IMG/VR virus record: IMGVR_UViG_3300045988_151219
Span: 74,124-138,123 of that record
Length of the DNA: 64,000 bases
Source: a virus
Strand: one strand, 5' to 3'
Part shown: positions 26,895 to 34,096 of the stretch, in pieces
Layout of the letters: every line of letters starts with the position of its first letter
Numbering within the stretch: position 1 is the stretch's first letter
Notes under the pieces: generated by a model
Database searches by the model: none
Told to the model about the DNA's origin: nothing
Seen by the model: only the letters and a program-made list of their open reading frames with translations
Made by a program: the position numbers and the translations under genes

Positions 26895-27413
26895 TTAAAT
26901 TAAGATATCTATGATTTTTTCATAGTTCCTATTATATCTTAATAACTTATCATAATAATAAAGTTCAGGTGAATTTTTACCCTGTAAAGCCACTCTTTGA
27001 TAATAAGGTGTATTCTCTACTGTAGCCTGCTCTATCTTGCTATATCCCTGTTTCATAGTTAAAAATAATGATGTTGTCTTGTCTTTCATAGCTTTTACTA
27101 CAGTTTTAAATCTTGATAAGAAAATAAGAGAATTTTTATCATAGTAAGATAAGACTATTACTTTTAATGAAGTCTCTTCTATAAACTTTAAAAGCTGTCC
27201 TTCTACCTGCTTATTAAGAAATGAAATATCTTCTAACACAACAGGTCGGTCTAAATGCTTTATCCCTGAATAATAAGACACAAAGTCTTTAACGCCATTC
27301 AGATTTTCCACATGATACATAGGAATTTTTATAGATTTCTTAAAGTCATTAACGTAAGAGCCTATGATTAGTATTGGATAAACGCTTGGGTCTTTTAAAT
27401 TAATTTTCCCCAT
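26895..27413 (-). CDS. Clamp-loader accessory subunit (delta-prime-like, no Walker A)
   Basis: VVLEDISFLNKQVEGQLLKFIEETSLKVIVLSYYDKNSLIFLSRFKTV parallels iiIxxadxmxxxaaNaLLKxLEEPxxxxxfiLxxxxxxxxlxTIxSR. Confidence 0.45.
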   Translation of the reverse strand: MGKINLKDPSVYPILIIGSYVNDFKKSIKIPMYHVENLNGVKDFVSYYSGIKHLDRPVVLEDISFLNKQVEGQLLKFIEETSLKVIVLSYYDKNSLIFLSRFKTVVKAMKDKTTSLFLTMKQGYSKIEQATVENTPYYQRVALQGKNSPELYYYDKLLRYNRNYEKIIDILI

Positions 27414-27424
27414 AATTTCCCCAC

Positions 27425-27453
27425 AAAATAAAAAGAGTAGTTGTTTCTACTCT
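27425..27453 (-). terminator. Hairpin plus U-tract immediately downstream of a class B motif
   Basis: Minus strand AGAGTAG-AAACAA-CTACTCT followed by TTTTATTTT, located between motif 27454-27463 and ATG 27413. Confidence 0.4.
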
Positions 27454-27463
27454 TATATTATAC
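27454..27463 (-). promoter_or_regulatory. Class B promoter-like motif (TGGTATAATATAAGAG, with extended -10 TG)
   Basis: tatattatac. The 17-mer ctactcttatattatac is identical to the copy upstream of the tRNA cluster. Confidence 0.45.
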
Positions 27464-27468
27464 CATTT

Positions 27469-28107
27469 CTAAAATTCCACATTTGCTACCAAATAATTAA
27501 TTAAATCATGCCTAAACTCATGAATCACTTTTGATTTTACATTAAACATAACAGAAATTTCTTTAGCCGTAAACCCAGCTTCTAAATGAAGAACAAGAAC
27601 CCTTAAGGACATCTTGCATTTTCCTAAAATTGGAGAATCAATAACTTCGTCAAGTAAACTATCGTTAGGAATAAGTTTCAAAATTCTTTCTCTCTCTAAA
27701 CTGCTGTCCACTTCTCTTTCTAAATTCTGCTTAGAAGGTAAAACCATAGAAATTGAGAATCCGTCTTCATCTTCAATATCCATTGAAACAGAATCTCTGA
27801 TTGCTGTGAATTTATCATCTCTTTTTCTAACTGAAATATCAAGCATTGCCCGATAAACCGCTAATTGTACAAAATATTTTTTTGATGTTATCTGACTATT
27901 ATATTTATCAAAGTATCCCTTTTCAAGAAATTTAACAAAGAACTCTTCCGCTAAGTCTTCAAGTTCTATCTTTGTTTTTAAATTACTAAATTGCTCTTTC
28001 TCATAAAAGTAGCTTGTATAAAATTTAGTAAGTGTATACCCCTCTTCTACTGTTAAGACATCATTCTTCGGAATAGCTCTAATTTCAGAATATTCAACAA
28101 ACATCAA
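27469..28107 (-). CDS. ECF-like sigma-70-family factor
   Basis: Region 2-like LEDLAEEFFVKFLEKGYFDKYNSQITSKKYFVQLAVYRAMLDISVRKR; region 4 HTH-like MSLRVLVLHLEAGFTAKEISVMFNVKSKVIHEFRHDLINYL. Confidence 0.6.
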   Translation of the reverse strand: MMFVEYSEIRAIPKNDVLTVEEGYTLTKFYTSYFYEKEQFSNLKTKIELEDLAEEFFVKFLEKGYFDKYNSQITSKKYFVQLAVYRAMLDISVRKRDDKFTAIRDSVSMDIEDEDGFSISMVLPSKQNLEREVDSSLERERILKLIPNDSLLDEVIDSPILGKCKMSLRVLVLHLEAGFTAKEISVMFNVKSKVIHEFRHDLINYLVANVEF

Positions 28108-28151
28108 AATTTCCTCCCGCCCTTTAAAATGAAGTTTTCTAAGTTGTATTA

Positions 28152-28180
28152 ATTATAAAAGAGATTGTAATTTATGTCAA
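28152..28180 (-). promoter_or_regulatory. Class A sigma-70 consensus promoter
   Basis: TTGACA TAAATTACAATCTCTTT TATAAT: -35 at 28175-28180, -10 at 28152-28157. Confidence 0.75.
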
Positions 28181-28596
28181 GTCTTTTTAAAACTTTTCGT
28201 AATTGGAATACTACAATCTACAATCAATACGTTATGATTATCCACTTTCTCTAAAGAACAATAGAATTTTACTGAAAGAGAATCTTTGGGAACTATGTCC
28301 TGCATAGCCTTAACTACACTTGTACAAGATATAATAGATTGTGTAATTTCTTTATTTTTATTATATTTATAAGCTACTTTTAAATCTCCGTTTTGAACTT
28401 CATCTATATTATTCAAAAAAATAATAGCTACTTGTTCTTTTTCTTTATTGACTAATACTCTTACTCTATACGGAAATCCTAAAGATTGAAGTAACCTTTT
28501 CTTGATATAAAAGTACGGTGTCTTAGCCATTGTTAAAGTAACTGTATTGACATCTATATTATATTCTTTTCTTTTTTTCTTCTCTTCGCTGCTCAT
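28177..28596 (-). CDS. Hypothetical protein (possible AbrB/SpoVT-like fold), paralog of 43823-44185
   Basis: SLGFPYRVRVLVNKEKEQVAIIFL versus LSGPYKVKALVNPQTNQVVIFKV in the other ORF. Confidence 0.4.
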   Translation of the reverse strand: MSSEEKKKRKEYNIDVNTVTLTMAKTPYFYIKKRLLQSLGFPYRVRVLVNKEKEQVAIIFLNNIDEVQNGDLKVAYKYNKNKEITQSIISCTSVVKAMQDIVPKDSLSVKFYCSLEKVDNHNVLIVDCSIPITKSFKKT

Positions 28597-28600
28597 TTTC

Positions 28601-28822
28601 TCACCTGAAAATAAAAACCATCAGATTAACTATAATAAGCATTAATAAACCTAACAAGCAAAATTTAAAAGTTTTTTCTTTATCTTCTATTTCACCTTTA
28701 AAAGATTCAAATTCTTTCTCAACTTCCAAAATTTTATAACTGATAATATCAAATCTATCAGTTATAAAATTGTTATCAGTTTTAAATTCAAGGTCATTAG
28801 AATCCGTTGTTAAGTTTTCCAT
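28601..28822 (-). CDS. Small C-terminally membrane-anchored protein
   Basis: C-terminal helix FCLLGLLMLIIVNLMVFIF. Confidence 0.45.
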   Translation of the reverse strand: MENLTTDSNDLEFKTDNNFITDRFDIISYKILEVEKEFESFKGEIEDKEKTFKFCLLGLLMLIIVNLMVFIFR

Positions 28823-28850
28823 ATTTCCTCCTCTTTTGAATATAGGAATA

Positions 28851-28880
28851 GAGTCTTGAAAGTGCTAATTTTCAAGACTC
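28851..28880 (-). terminator. 11-bp hairpin closing the tRNA/ncRNA transcription unit
   Basis: gagtcttgaaa-(8 nt)-tttcaagactc. On the minus strand it is followed by a U-rich stretch, UAUUCCUAUAUUC. Confidence 0.45.
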
Positions 28881-29126
28881 ACCCTACTTTATCTACAACT
28901 ATTATTAAGCTGTAAATAAATTTTGGTATAACGTATGTAGAAAGGAAGCTCGAAACTACGGGCTACTTGTCTAACTCTTATACCGGAAGTCAAACAAGCT
29001 CGTTATGAGGGGTCGTGAAGAATTGCACTTCACTTAATGATACTATCTACCCCAGGTTTTCCTAATGTAATATAGTTCTCCCCTTTTTGAAAAGATAAAA
29101 TCTTATACTTTTACTACATCAGGAAA
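28881..29126 (-). ncRNA. ORF-free structured segment downstream of tRNA-Leu (candidate ncRNA or tRNA-like remnant)
   Basis: Nested helices GGGGT...ACCCC enclosing GTGAAG-aattgca-CTTCAC. A 7-bp acceptor-like pair GGTATAA/TTATACC (28925-28984) encloses GTAG...CTAC. No ORF is present. Confidence 0.3.
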
Positions 29127-29213
29127 TGGTGCGAAAGGTGGGACTTGAACCCACACGGTATTTCTACCAGGAGATTTTAAGTCTCCAGCGTATTCCGATT
29201 CCGCCACTCTCGC
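29127..29213 (-). tRNA. trnL-UAA: tRNA-Leu(UAA), type II, CCA encoded
   Basis: Manual cloverleaf: acceptor GCGAGAG/CTTTCGC, anticodon arm GGAGA-CTTAAAA-TCTCC, long variable arm, T arm GTGGG-TTCAAGT-CCCAC, ACCA end. Confidence 0.9.
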
Positions 29214-29384
29214 ATATAGACAAGCTTTTACAGAACCAGCTATTGCTGCCTTGTATGAACAATGGGAGAAAGCAGCAATATGAAGAAAAGTGTTTAGGGA
29301 TATTTTCTTAGCTGTAAGTAAAAGTATGAGGAGCGTCTGTAAAAGCCCATCTTATATAAGCAGTTTAATGACTTACTTAGGTCA
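29214..29384 (-). ncRNA. Structured 171-nt spacer between tRNA-Ser and tRNA-Leu (candidate ncRNA)
   Basis: Perfect 11-bp long-range helix GCUUUUACAGA/UCUGUAAAAGC enclosing a perfect 9-bp helix UAUUGCUGC/GCAGCAAUA, plus hairpin ATGAC-ttacttag-GTCAT. Confidence 0.3.
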
Positions 29385-29475
29385 TGGCGGATAGAGTGAG
29401 ATTCGAACTCACGCATGCATCTCTGCACCTAACGGTTTTCAAGACCGTCCTCTTGAGCCTCTTGAGTATCTATCC
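29385..29475 (-). tRNA. trnS-UGA: tRNA-Ser(UGA), type II, CCA encoded
   Basis: Acceptor GGATAGA/TCTATCC, anticodon arm ACGGT-CTTGAAA-ACCGT, long variable arm, T arm GTGAG-TTCGAAT-CTCAC, GCCA end. Confidence 0.9.
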
Positions 29476-29478
29476 ATG

Positions 29479-29554
29479 TGGTGGAAGTATCAGGACTTGA
29501 ACCTGCATCTGACGCTTATAAGGCGTCTGCTCTAACCGGTTGAGCTATACCTCC
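29479..29554 (-). tRNA. trnI-UAU: tRNA-Ile(UAU), CCA encoded
   Basis: Acceptor GGAGGTA/TACTTCC, D arm AGCTCAACCGGTTAGAGC, anticodon arm GACGC-CTTATAA-GCGTC, T arm GCAGG-TTCAAGT-CCTGA (the last pair is not perfect), ACCA end. Confidence 0.85.
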
Positions 29555-29579
29555 ACATAAGAGAAGAAATCACTACTCT

Positions 29580-29589
29580 TATATTATAC
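29580..29589 (-). promoter_or_regulatory. Class B promoter-like motif upstream of the tRNA cluster (ATAGTATAATATAAGAG)
   Basis: tatattatac lies 26 nt upstream of the tRNA-Ile 5' end. No RBS or ORF intervenes, which supports a promoter role. Confidence 0.55.
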
Positions 29590-29624
29590 TATTTCTTCTA
29601 TAGAATTTTCCAATAATTTTTCTT

Positions 29625-29888
29625 TTAATAAGCATCTAACATATATGCTATATTACCCAGACTTTCTATAAAGCCAGAATATTCATGTATATCGGTTAAA
29701 TCATGAATTTCTTTACCTGGAATTTTTAGAAATATATGATTCTTATTCTCTCTACTCTCAAGAACTAAGTATGGAAAATCTTTTTCCTATACTTTACTTG
29801 ATATGAAAAATCCATTTCTGTTCTCAATTATATTAAATTCATATGGACTACTGTTAAGAACAGCTTGTATTTCTTTCTGGCTAATCAT
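29625..29888 (-). pseudogene. 88-codon ORF interrupted by one in-frame TAG (codon 34, 29787-29789)
   Basis: Own translation: MISQKEIQAVLNSSPYEFNIIENRNGFFISSKV*EKDFPYLVLESRENKNHIFLKIPGKEIHDLTDIHEYSGFIESLGNIAYMLDAY*. The frame was checked codon by codon. Confidence 0.5.
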
Positions 29889-29902
29889 AATATACTCTTT
29901 CT

Positions 29903-30352
29903 TTAAAGCTCATGTTCTTGATTAAATAAAATATGTTTAATTTTATTTATATTTTTAAATGCCTCTTCTTCCCTCATAAAACAATTACCGATTTTAACAT
30001 TAAGTAAATCAATCATATCTCCAGAAAATGAAGAACATACTACTCCTATAGTGTAGTTATCGTCAAAATTAGAAGTAAGTTCATTTGAAGACTTTCGCCT
30101 AAAATATACATAAAAATATCTACCATTCAATTTAGGTCTATATTCAGGCACATCAATTTTCATTCGCTCAAAATTTTCAATTATTAATTTCCAGTCGTCG
30201 GCTTCTTTATCTGATTTAGCATCATATAATTTAGAGTCTTTAAAATAATAATCCAAAGAATCCCACCCTTTAGAAGTAATTGTAAATATTTCTCCTTCAA
30301 GTACACCCAGTTTCTTTTGTAGTAGGTCTATAACCTCTGATTTTAATGTCAT
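29903..30352 (-). CDS. GNCF-motif family protein, member 1
   Basis: C-terminal KIGNCFMREEEAFKNINKI and N-terminal MTLKSEVIDLLQKKLGV are shared with 33665-34096 and 34249-34650. Confidence 0.55.
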   Translation of the reverse strand: MTLKSEVIDLLQKKLGVLEGEIFTITSKGWDSLDYYFKDSKLYDAKSDKEADDWKLIIENFERMKIDVPEYRPKLNGRYFYVYFRRKSSNELTSNFDDNYTIGVVCSSFSGDMIDLLNVKIGNCFMREEEAFKNINKIKHILFNQEHEL

Positions 30353-30378
30353 AATATACTCCTCCTCTTTTCTTTAAA

Positions 30379-30744
30379 TTATTTATTATCTTTAATGACT
30401 TTAATTTTTTCGACTACTTTATCAGCTACTTTATCTAAATTATCACCCAGATTTTCTATATTTTCTTGTGTGACATATTTTGCTACTAACATTTTATATG
30501 CCGTGTCTCTATCAGGAATTATTATAAAAAGAAAAAGTAAAATACAGCTAATTCCACCTAAATATTTACCTACTCTTTTAAACTGTATAGAATCTTCAAT
30601 ATCTTCGTTTAGATTCAAATATAATAATATAACAAGAAAAGCACCAGCAAAACTAAGAATAAGTCCTAAATTAATTAAGCTTGAAAGCTTTCCAAGTAAT
30701 TCAATGAAATAAAATAGCCAAGGTGAAATAATAGGCTCACTCAT
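30379..30744 (-). CDS. Membrane protein (2-3 TM)
   Basis: Helices WLFYFIELLGKL, LILSFAGAFLVILLYL, GGISCILLFLFIII. Confidence 0.5.
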   Translation of the reverse strand: MSEPIISPWLFYFIELLGKLSSLINLGLILSFAGAFLVILLYLNLNEDIEDSIQFKRVGKYLGGISCILLFLFIIIPDRDTAYKMLVAKYVTQENIENLGDNLDKVADKVVEKIKVIKDNK

Positions 30745-31129
30745 TTAAAGCTCCTTCTACAGATAATCTTTGTAAACTAATATTAAGATTTACAAACTTC
30801 CATTTCTTGATAACAGATTTCTTATAATCTAAATAATTTTTAACTTTCTTTTCTATGTCTTTAAGCAGTTTAACTTTTACTCTATTCATAGCTAAATTTA
30901 CTCCATAATCTTCATCAAAAACATCTAATTCATGACATTTAGCTACGCATAGATACTGGTCTTTTAGAGTTAGCAACTCATTTCCAGAATCAAAGTAATT
31001 ATATAATAAATCTTGTATTCCCTCTATATAAGCTGTAACAAGTCTCTTGTTTGGATTGATGAGGACACAAACACGTATCTTTCGATTAATGCCATCTATC
31101 TTAATCCTACGCATAATATACTTATCCAT
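30737..31129 (-). CDS. Hypothetical protein with VAKC-x-x-x-D-x-FD motif
   Basis: CVAKCHELDVFDEDYGVNLAMNRVKVKLLK; the motif is shared with three ORFs at 35.7-37.6 kb. Confidence 0.5.
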   Translation of the reverse strand: MDKYIMRRIKIDGINRKIRVCVLINPNKRLVTAYIEGIQDLLYNYFDSGNELLTLKDQYLCVAKCHELDVFDEDYGVNLAMNRVKVKLLKDIEKKVKNYLDYKKSVIKKWKFVNLNISLQRLSVEGALNE

Positions 31130-31133
31130 AAGT

Positions 31134-31502
31134 TTACCCTACAGAACTAATTCTACGAAAATCTAAGAAAAGCTCAATATCTACTAAAATATCATCTATA
31201 ACAGTATAATACTTAGAACTTTTACCTGTCATAATATTCAAACAGTAAAACTCTTTCGTTATTACTTTAATTTCATTTAAAATTTCTTCAAAAGATTTTA
31301 AATTAGCTTCAGTTTTTCTATCTACAAAAGTATTTAGTATTAACAGATTAACATGTAATAAAGGAATTTTATCTTTACTACAAGCATCCCAATTAAGCGA
31401 TGTGTCATTTGACAACTTTTTTAATTGTGATTCAATTTTTTTCAGATATGATTTAGCACACTTACTATTACTTGGAATATTAAAATCTATTGTAGCTACC
31501 AT
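31134..31502 (-). CDS. Hypothetical protein
   Basis: 122-aa ORF. Confidence 0.45.
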   Translation of the reverse strand: MVATIDFNIPSNSKCAKSYLKKIESQLKKLSNDTSLNWDACSKDKIPLLHVNLLILNTFVDRKTEANLKSFEEILNEIKVITKEFYCLNIMTGKSSKYYTVIDDILVDIELFLDFRRISSVG

Positions 31503-31654
31503 AGTTAATTACACCTCTCCTTTATATTAAAATTAACTGTTATACATATAATCCATTATCTTAAGAAAGGAATCAACAGCATCCTTCTTAATAGTAAACT
31601 TAAGACCGCTAAAAGTTAGTTTACCTGTAAACTTTAATCCACCGCAAGCAGCTA

Positions 31655-31885
31655 CTACTCCAGGAGGAATCCATTCAAGCTCTTCAAATCAATTGAATCT
31701 CCTTCAGAATCCTTAAGCCGATTTATATAATTTTGATAAAAGTTTGGATTAAACCACTCTATAGGTGTTGAAATATCTTCTAACCCTTCTATTTCTCCTA
31801 AGATATCATCAGGACTGTTTTCTGATATTATCAAATCATCTATAGTCATAATATTATCTGCTTTCTTTAACAAGCTGTTCAACAA
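31655..31885 (-). CDS. Hypothetical acidic protein
   Basis: 76-aa ORF ending in a double TAG TAG; overlaps the adhesin 3' end by 32 nt. Confidence 0.4.
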   Translation of the reverse strand: MLNSLLKKADNIMTIDDLIISENSPDDILGEIEGLEDISTPIEWFNPNFYQNYINRLKDSEGDSIDLKSLNGFLLE

Positions 31886-33647
31886 TCATAGTGAGTCTTT
31901 CTACTTTATCTTTCAGCTGTTTATTTTCTTCTGTGAGTGTATTTATCTGCTCTACTAATTTCTTGTTAGAAACATAGTTAAACTGGTTACTTGATTTACC
32001 AAATTTTACTGAAAATCCGGCATTGAACATGTTGTTACCATTGCCTACAGTAGAACCTAAGCTAAACATCACATTTTCACTCGGACGGTAGAATACTCCT
32101 AAAGCTACAGCATTAGCATTTCTATAATTTCCATATCCCACAGCGAAATCCCATTTTTCTTCCGGATTAAATTCAAGCGGATGTAATGCCGCCAAGGCTG
32201 CTGAACCTGCACCTACTTTATTAACCCTATCACCTAAAAGTTTTACGTCTCTTCCTACATTAGTAATGTTATTAGTAACTTCATTGATTTTTGTGTTGAT
32301 ATTAGTAATACTATCAGAATTTTTCTTAATTGCAGCATCAAGTTTCTTATCAGCGTCAATTAAATTCTGTGCATTACTAATATACGTTGTGTGTTGATAA
32401 GCATTGTGTAATTCTGTAGTGTTTGTAGAACCAATCATATTGTGAATATTAGTATCACCAGCAATACGATTGTCTTTCTCTTTCTGTAAATCAGACGCTT
32501 TAGCTACATCTTTAATTACAACATATCCAAGCTTAGTGTCTGAATAATTATCTTTCACTTCAAGTGTAACTTTGTTGTCTTCTATATTATACTCTCCAGG
32601 TTCTACTGAATTATCCTTCAGCTTTCCTGTAAGATTGACTTTTGAACCGTCTTTCTTGACAAGAGTAATAGTTCCATCATTGTTAATAGAACCTTTTATA
32701 ACATTATTTCCATGAACTACTTCTGCCAATGAACGAAGCTGTGCTACATTGACAGCATCATCAGAACTTGTACCAGCAGCTACATTGGTAATCTGACGTT
32801 TATACTGACTGTTGCCAACACTAACAGCACCAGCTGTAGACTCCCATACGGACCATCCGGTATGCTTTGGATTAATATTCATGGTAGCAGGGTCCCACCC
32901 AAGAACTCCTTTATCAATATTTGCTAAAGACTCTTTGCCTAAAGCAATCCCGCCCTTAACATTGGTAGTTGAAAACTTTCCAATTGCAATGGCATCATCG
33001 GCGTATGTTTCTCCACCGATACCTATTACATTATCGCCTTTAACTGTCCACGCATTTATTCCAATAGAATATTTTCCATAAACATTAGTAGTAGAACTAC
33101 CTATAGCTAAAGAATCAATACCATATACGTAAGTAGAACTCCCAACAGCAACACCGTTAGAAGCAAATACCATAGCTTGTGTTCCTATAGCTACAGCATG
33201 ATAACCATGTGCTTTTGCAGTGTCACCGAAAGAGACAGCATCTTGACCGATAGCTTCAGAATTTACTCCCATTGCAACCGCTTCACCATCACCATGACTC
33301 TTTGCAGTACACCCAGAACCTACAGCTACAGAAATCCAGTTTCTACTATTATCAGCATTAGTACCATCAACTTCATTGTGATTTCCTATAGCCATAGCAT
33401 CAAAGCCTTTTACTTTATTATAAACTCCTACAGATAAACCCATAGAAGCATTTTCCATTTCCGATTCTCTACCTATCATTGTACTCCAGTTAGAGTTTTT
33501 CATTTTGAGTTTATTCCCAATGACAGTATATTCGGTACTACCTGTAACTGTGTTATTAGCTCCGTTGTCAATATCTACAGCATAAGCTGAACTTGTTAAA
33601 AGCAAGCTTACTAAAACGGCAGTAATTAAGCTCTTATTTTTCTTCAT
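31854..33647 (-). CDS. YadA-like trimeric autotransporter adhesin
   Basis: Signal peptide MKKNKSLITAVLVSLLLTSSAYA. Head repeats (AVAMGVNSEAIGQDAVSFGDTAKAHGYHAVAIGTQAMV...). Neck NVAAGTSSDDAVNVAQL. Coiled-coil stalk. Anchor GAGSAALAALHPLEF...WDFAVGYGNYRNANAVALGVFYRPS...NAGFSVKFG. Local GC is about 45% against a ~30% background. Confidence 0.85.
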   Translation of the reverse strand: MKKNKSLITAVLVSLLLTSSAYAVDIDNGANNTVTGSTEYTVIGNKLKMKNSNWSTMIGRESEMENASMGLSVGVYNKVKGFDAMAIGNHNEVDGTNADNSRNWISVAVGSGCTAKSHGDGEAVAMGVNSEAIGQDAVSFGDTAKAHGYHAVAIGTQAMVFASNGVAVGSSTYVYGIDSLAIGSSTTNVYGKYSIGINAWTVKGDNVIGIGGETYADDAIAIGKFSTTNVKGGIALGKESLANIDKGVLGWDPATMNINPKHTGWSVWESTAGAVSVGNSQYKRQITNVAAGTSSDDAVNVAQLRSLAEVVHGNNVIKGSINNDGTITLVKKDGSKVNLTGKLKDNSVEPGEYNIEDNKVTLEVKDNYSDTKLGYVVIKDVAKASDLQKEKDNRIAGDTNIHNMIGSTNTTELHNAYQHTTYISNAQNLIDADKKLDAAIKKNSDSITNINTKINEVTNNITNVGRDVKLLGDRVNKVGAGSAALAALHPLEFNPEEKWDFAVGYGNYRNANAVALGVFYRPSENVMFSLGSTVGNGNNMFNAGFSVKFGKSSNQFNYVSNKKLVEQINTLTEENKQLKDKVERLTMIVEQLVKESR

Positions 33648-33664
33648 TTCTTCTCCTCATAATA

Positions 33665-34096
33665 CTAAAATTTTGAATTGAGTTTCTTTATAATATCTTC
33701 TTTATGATTTTCAGCTTCTTCTTTTGTTCTGAAACAATTACCTATACTTACACAAAGTCTACCTAACAAGTCATCTTCATATTCAACGCATTCAATCATG
33801 TATTTATTATCATACAAAGCAAAAAAATTCTTAACTCCTATACGCCAGTATTTGTCTTTACCCTTCGGAACATAATCAGGCATTTCTATTTTTAAATTTT
33901 CAAATTGTAAAATTATATTAGCCCAATCATCAGACTCGTCTAAATATCCTGTTTCAGGCTTTTCTATGAAAAACATATGTTCAGAAAACTGATATCTCTC
34001 TTTCCTTTCATCAGGATAAGTTACAGTAAAGATAATATCATCTTTAATATTTAAAATCTCCTGTAACTAGTCAATCATATACTCTTTAAGTTTCAT
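33665..34096 (-). pseudogene. GNCF-motif family member 2 with in-frame TAG at codon 10 (34067-34069)
   Basis: ATG at 34096 reads MKLKEYMID*LQEILNIKDDIIFTVTYPDERKERYQFSEH, in frame (120 nt) with track ORF 33665-33976 (MFFIEKPE...SIGNCFRTKEEAE). The paralogs have L or N at the TAG position. Confidence 0.55.

Noticed and set aside
29126-29311. 61-aa plus-strand ORF
   Set aside because: It is the antisense of tRNA-Leu(UAA) and the structured spacer, so it is not coding.
28881-29384. Amber suppressor tRNA (anticodon CUA) that could explain the two in-frame TAGs
   Set aside because: No cloverleaf with a CUA anticodon loop or a T-loop GTTCRA could be built in either structured spacer. Only the Leu, Ser and Ile tRNAs are supported.
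31530-31690. Possible +1 frameshift extension after ORF 31655-31885 (alternate frame FEELEWIPPGVVAACGGLKFTGKLTFSGLKF...)
   Set aside because: There is no slippery sequence. The main frame ends in a double TAG TAG, and the alternate frame is only 51 codons and has no start codon. Evidence is insufficient.
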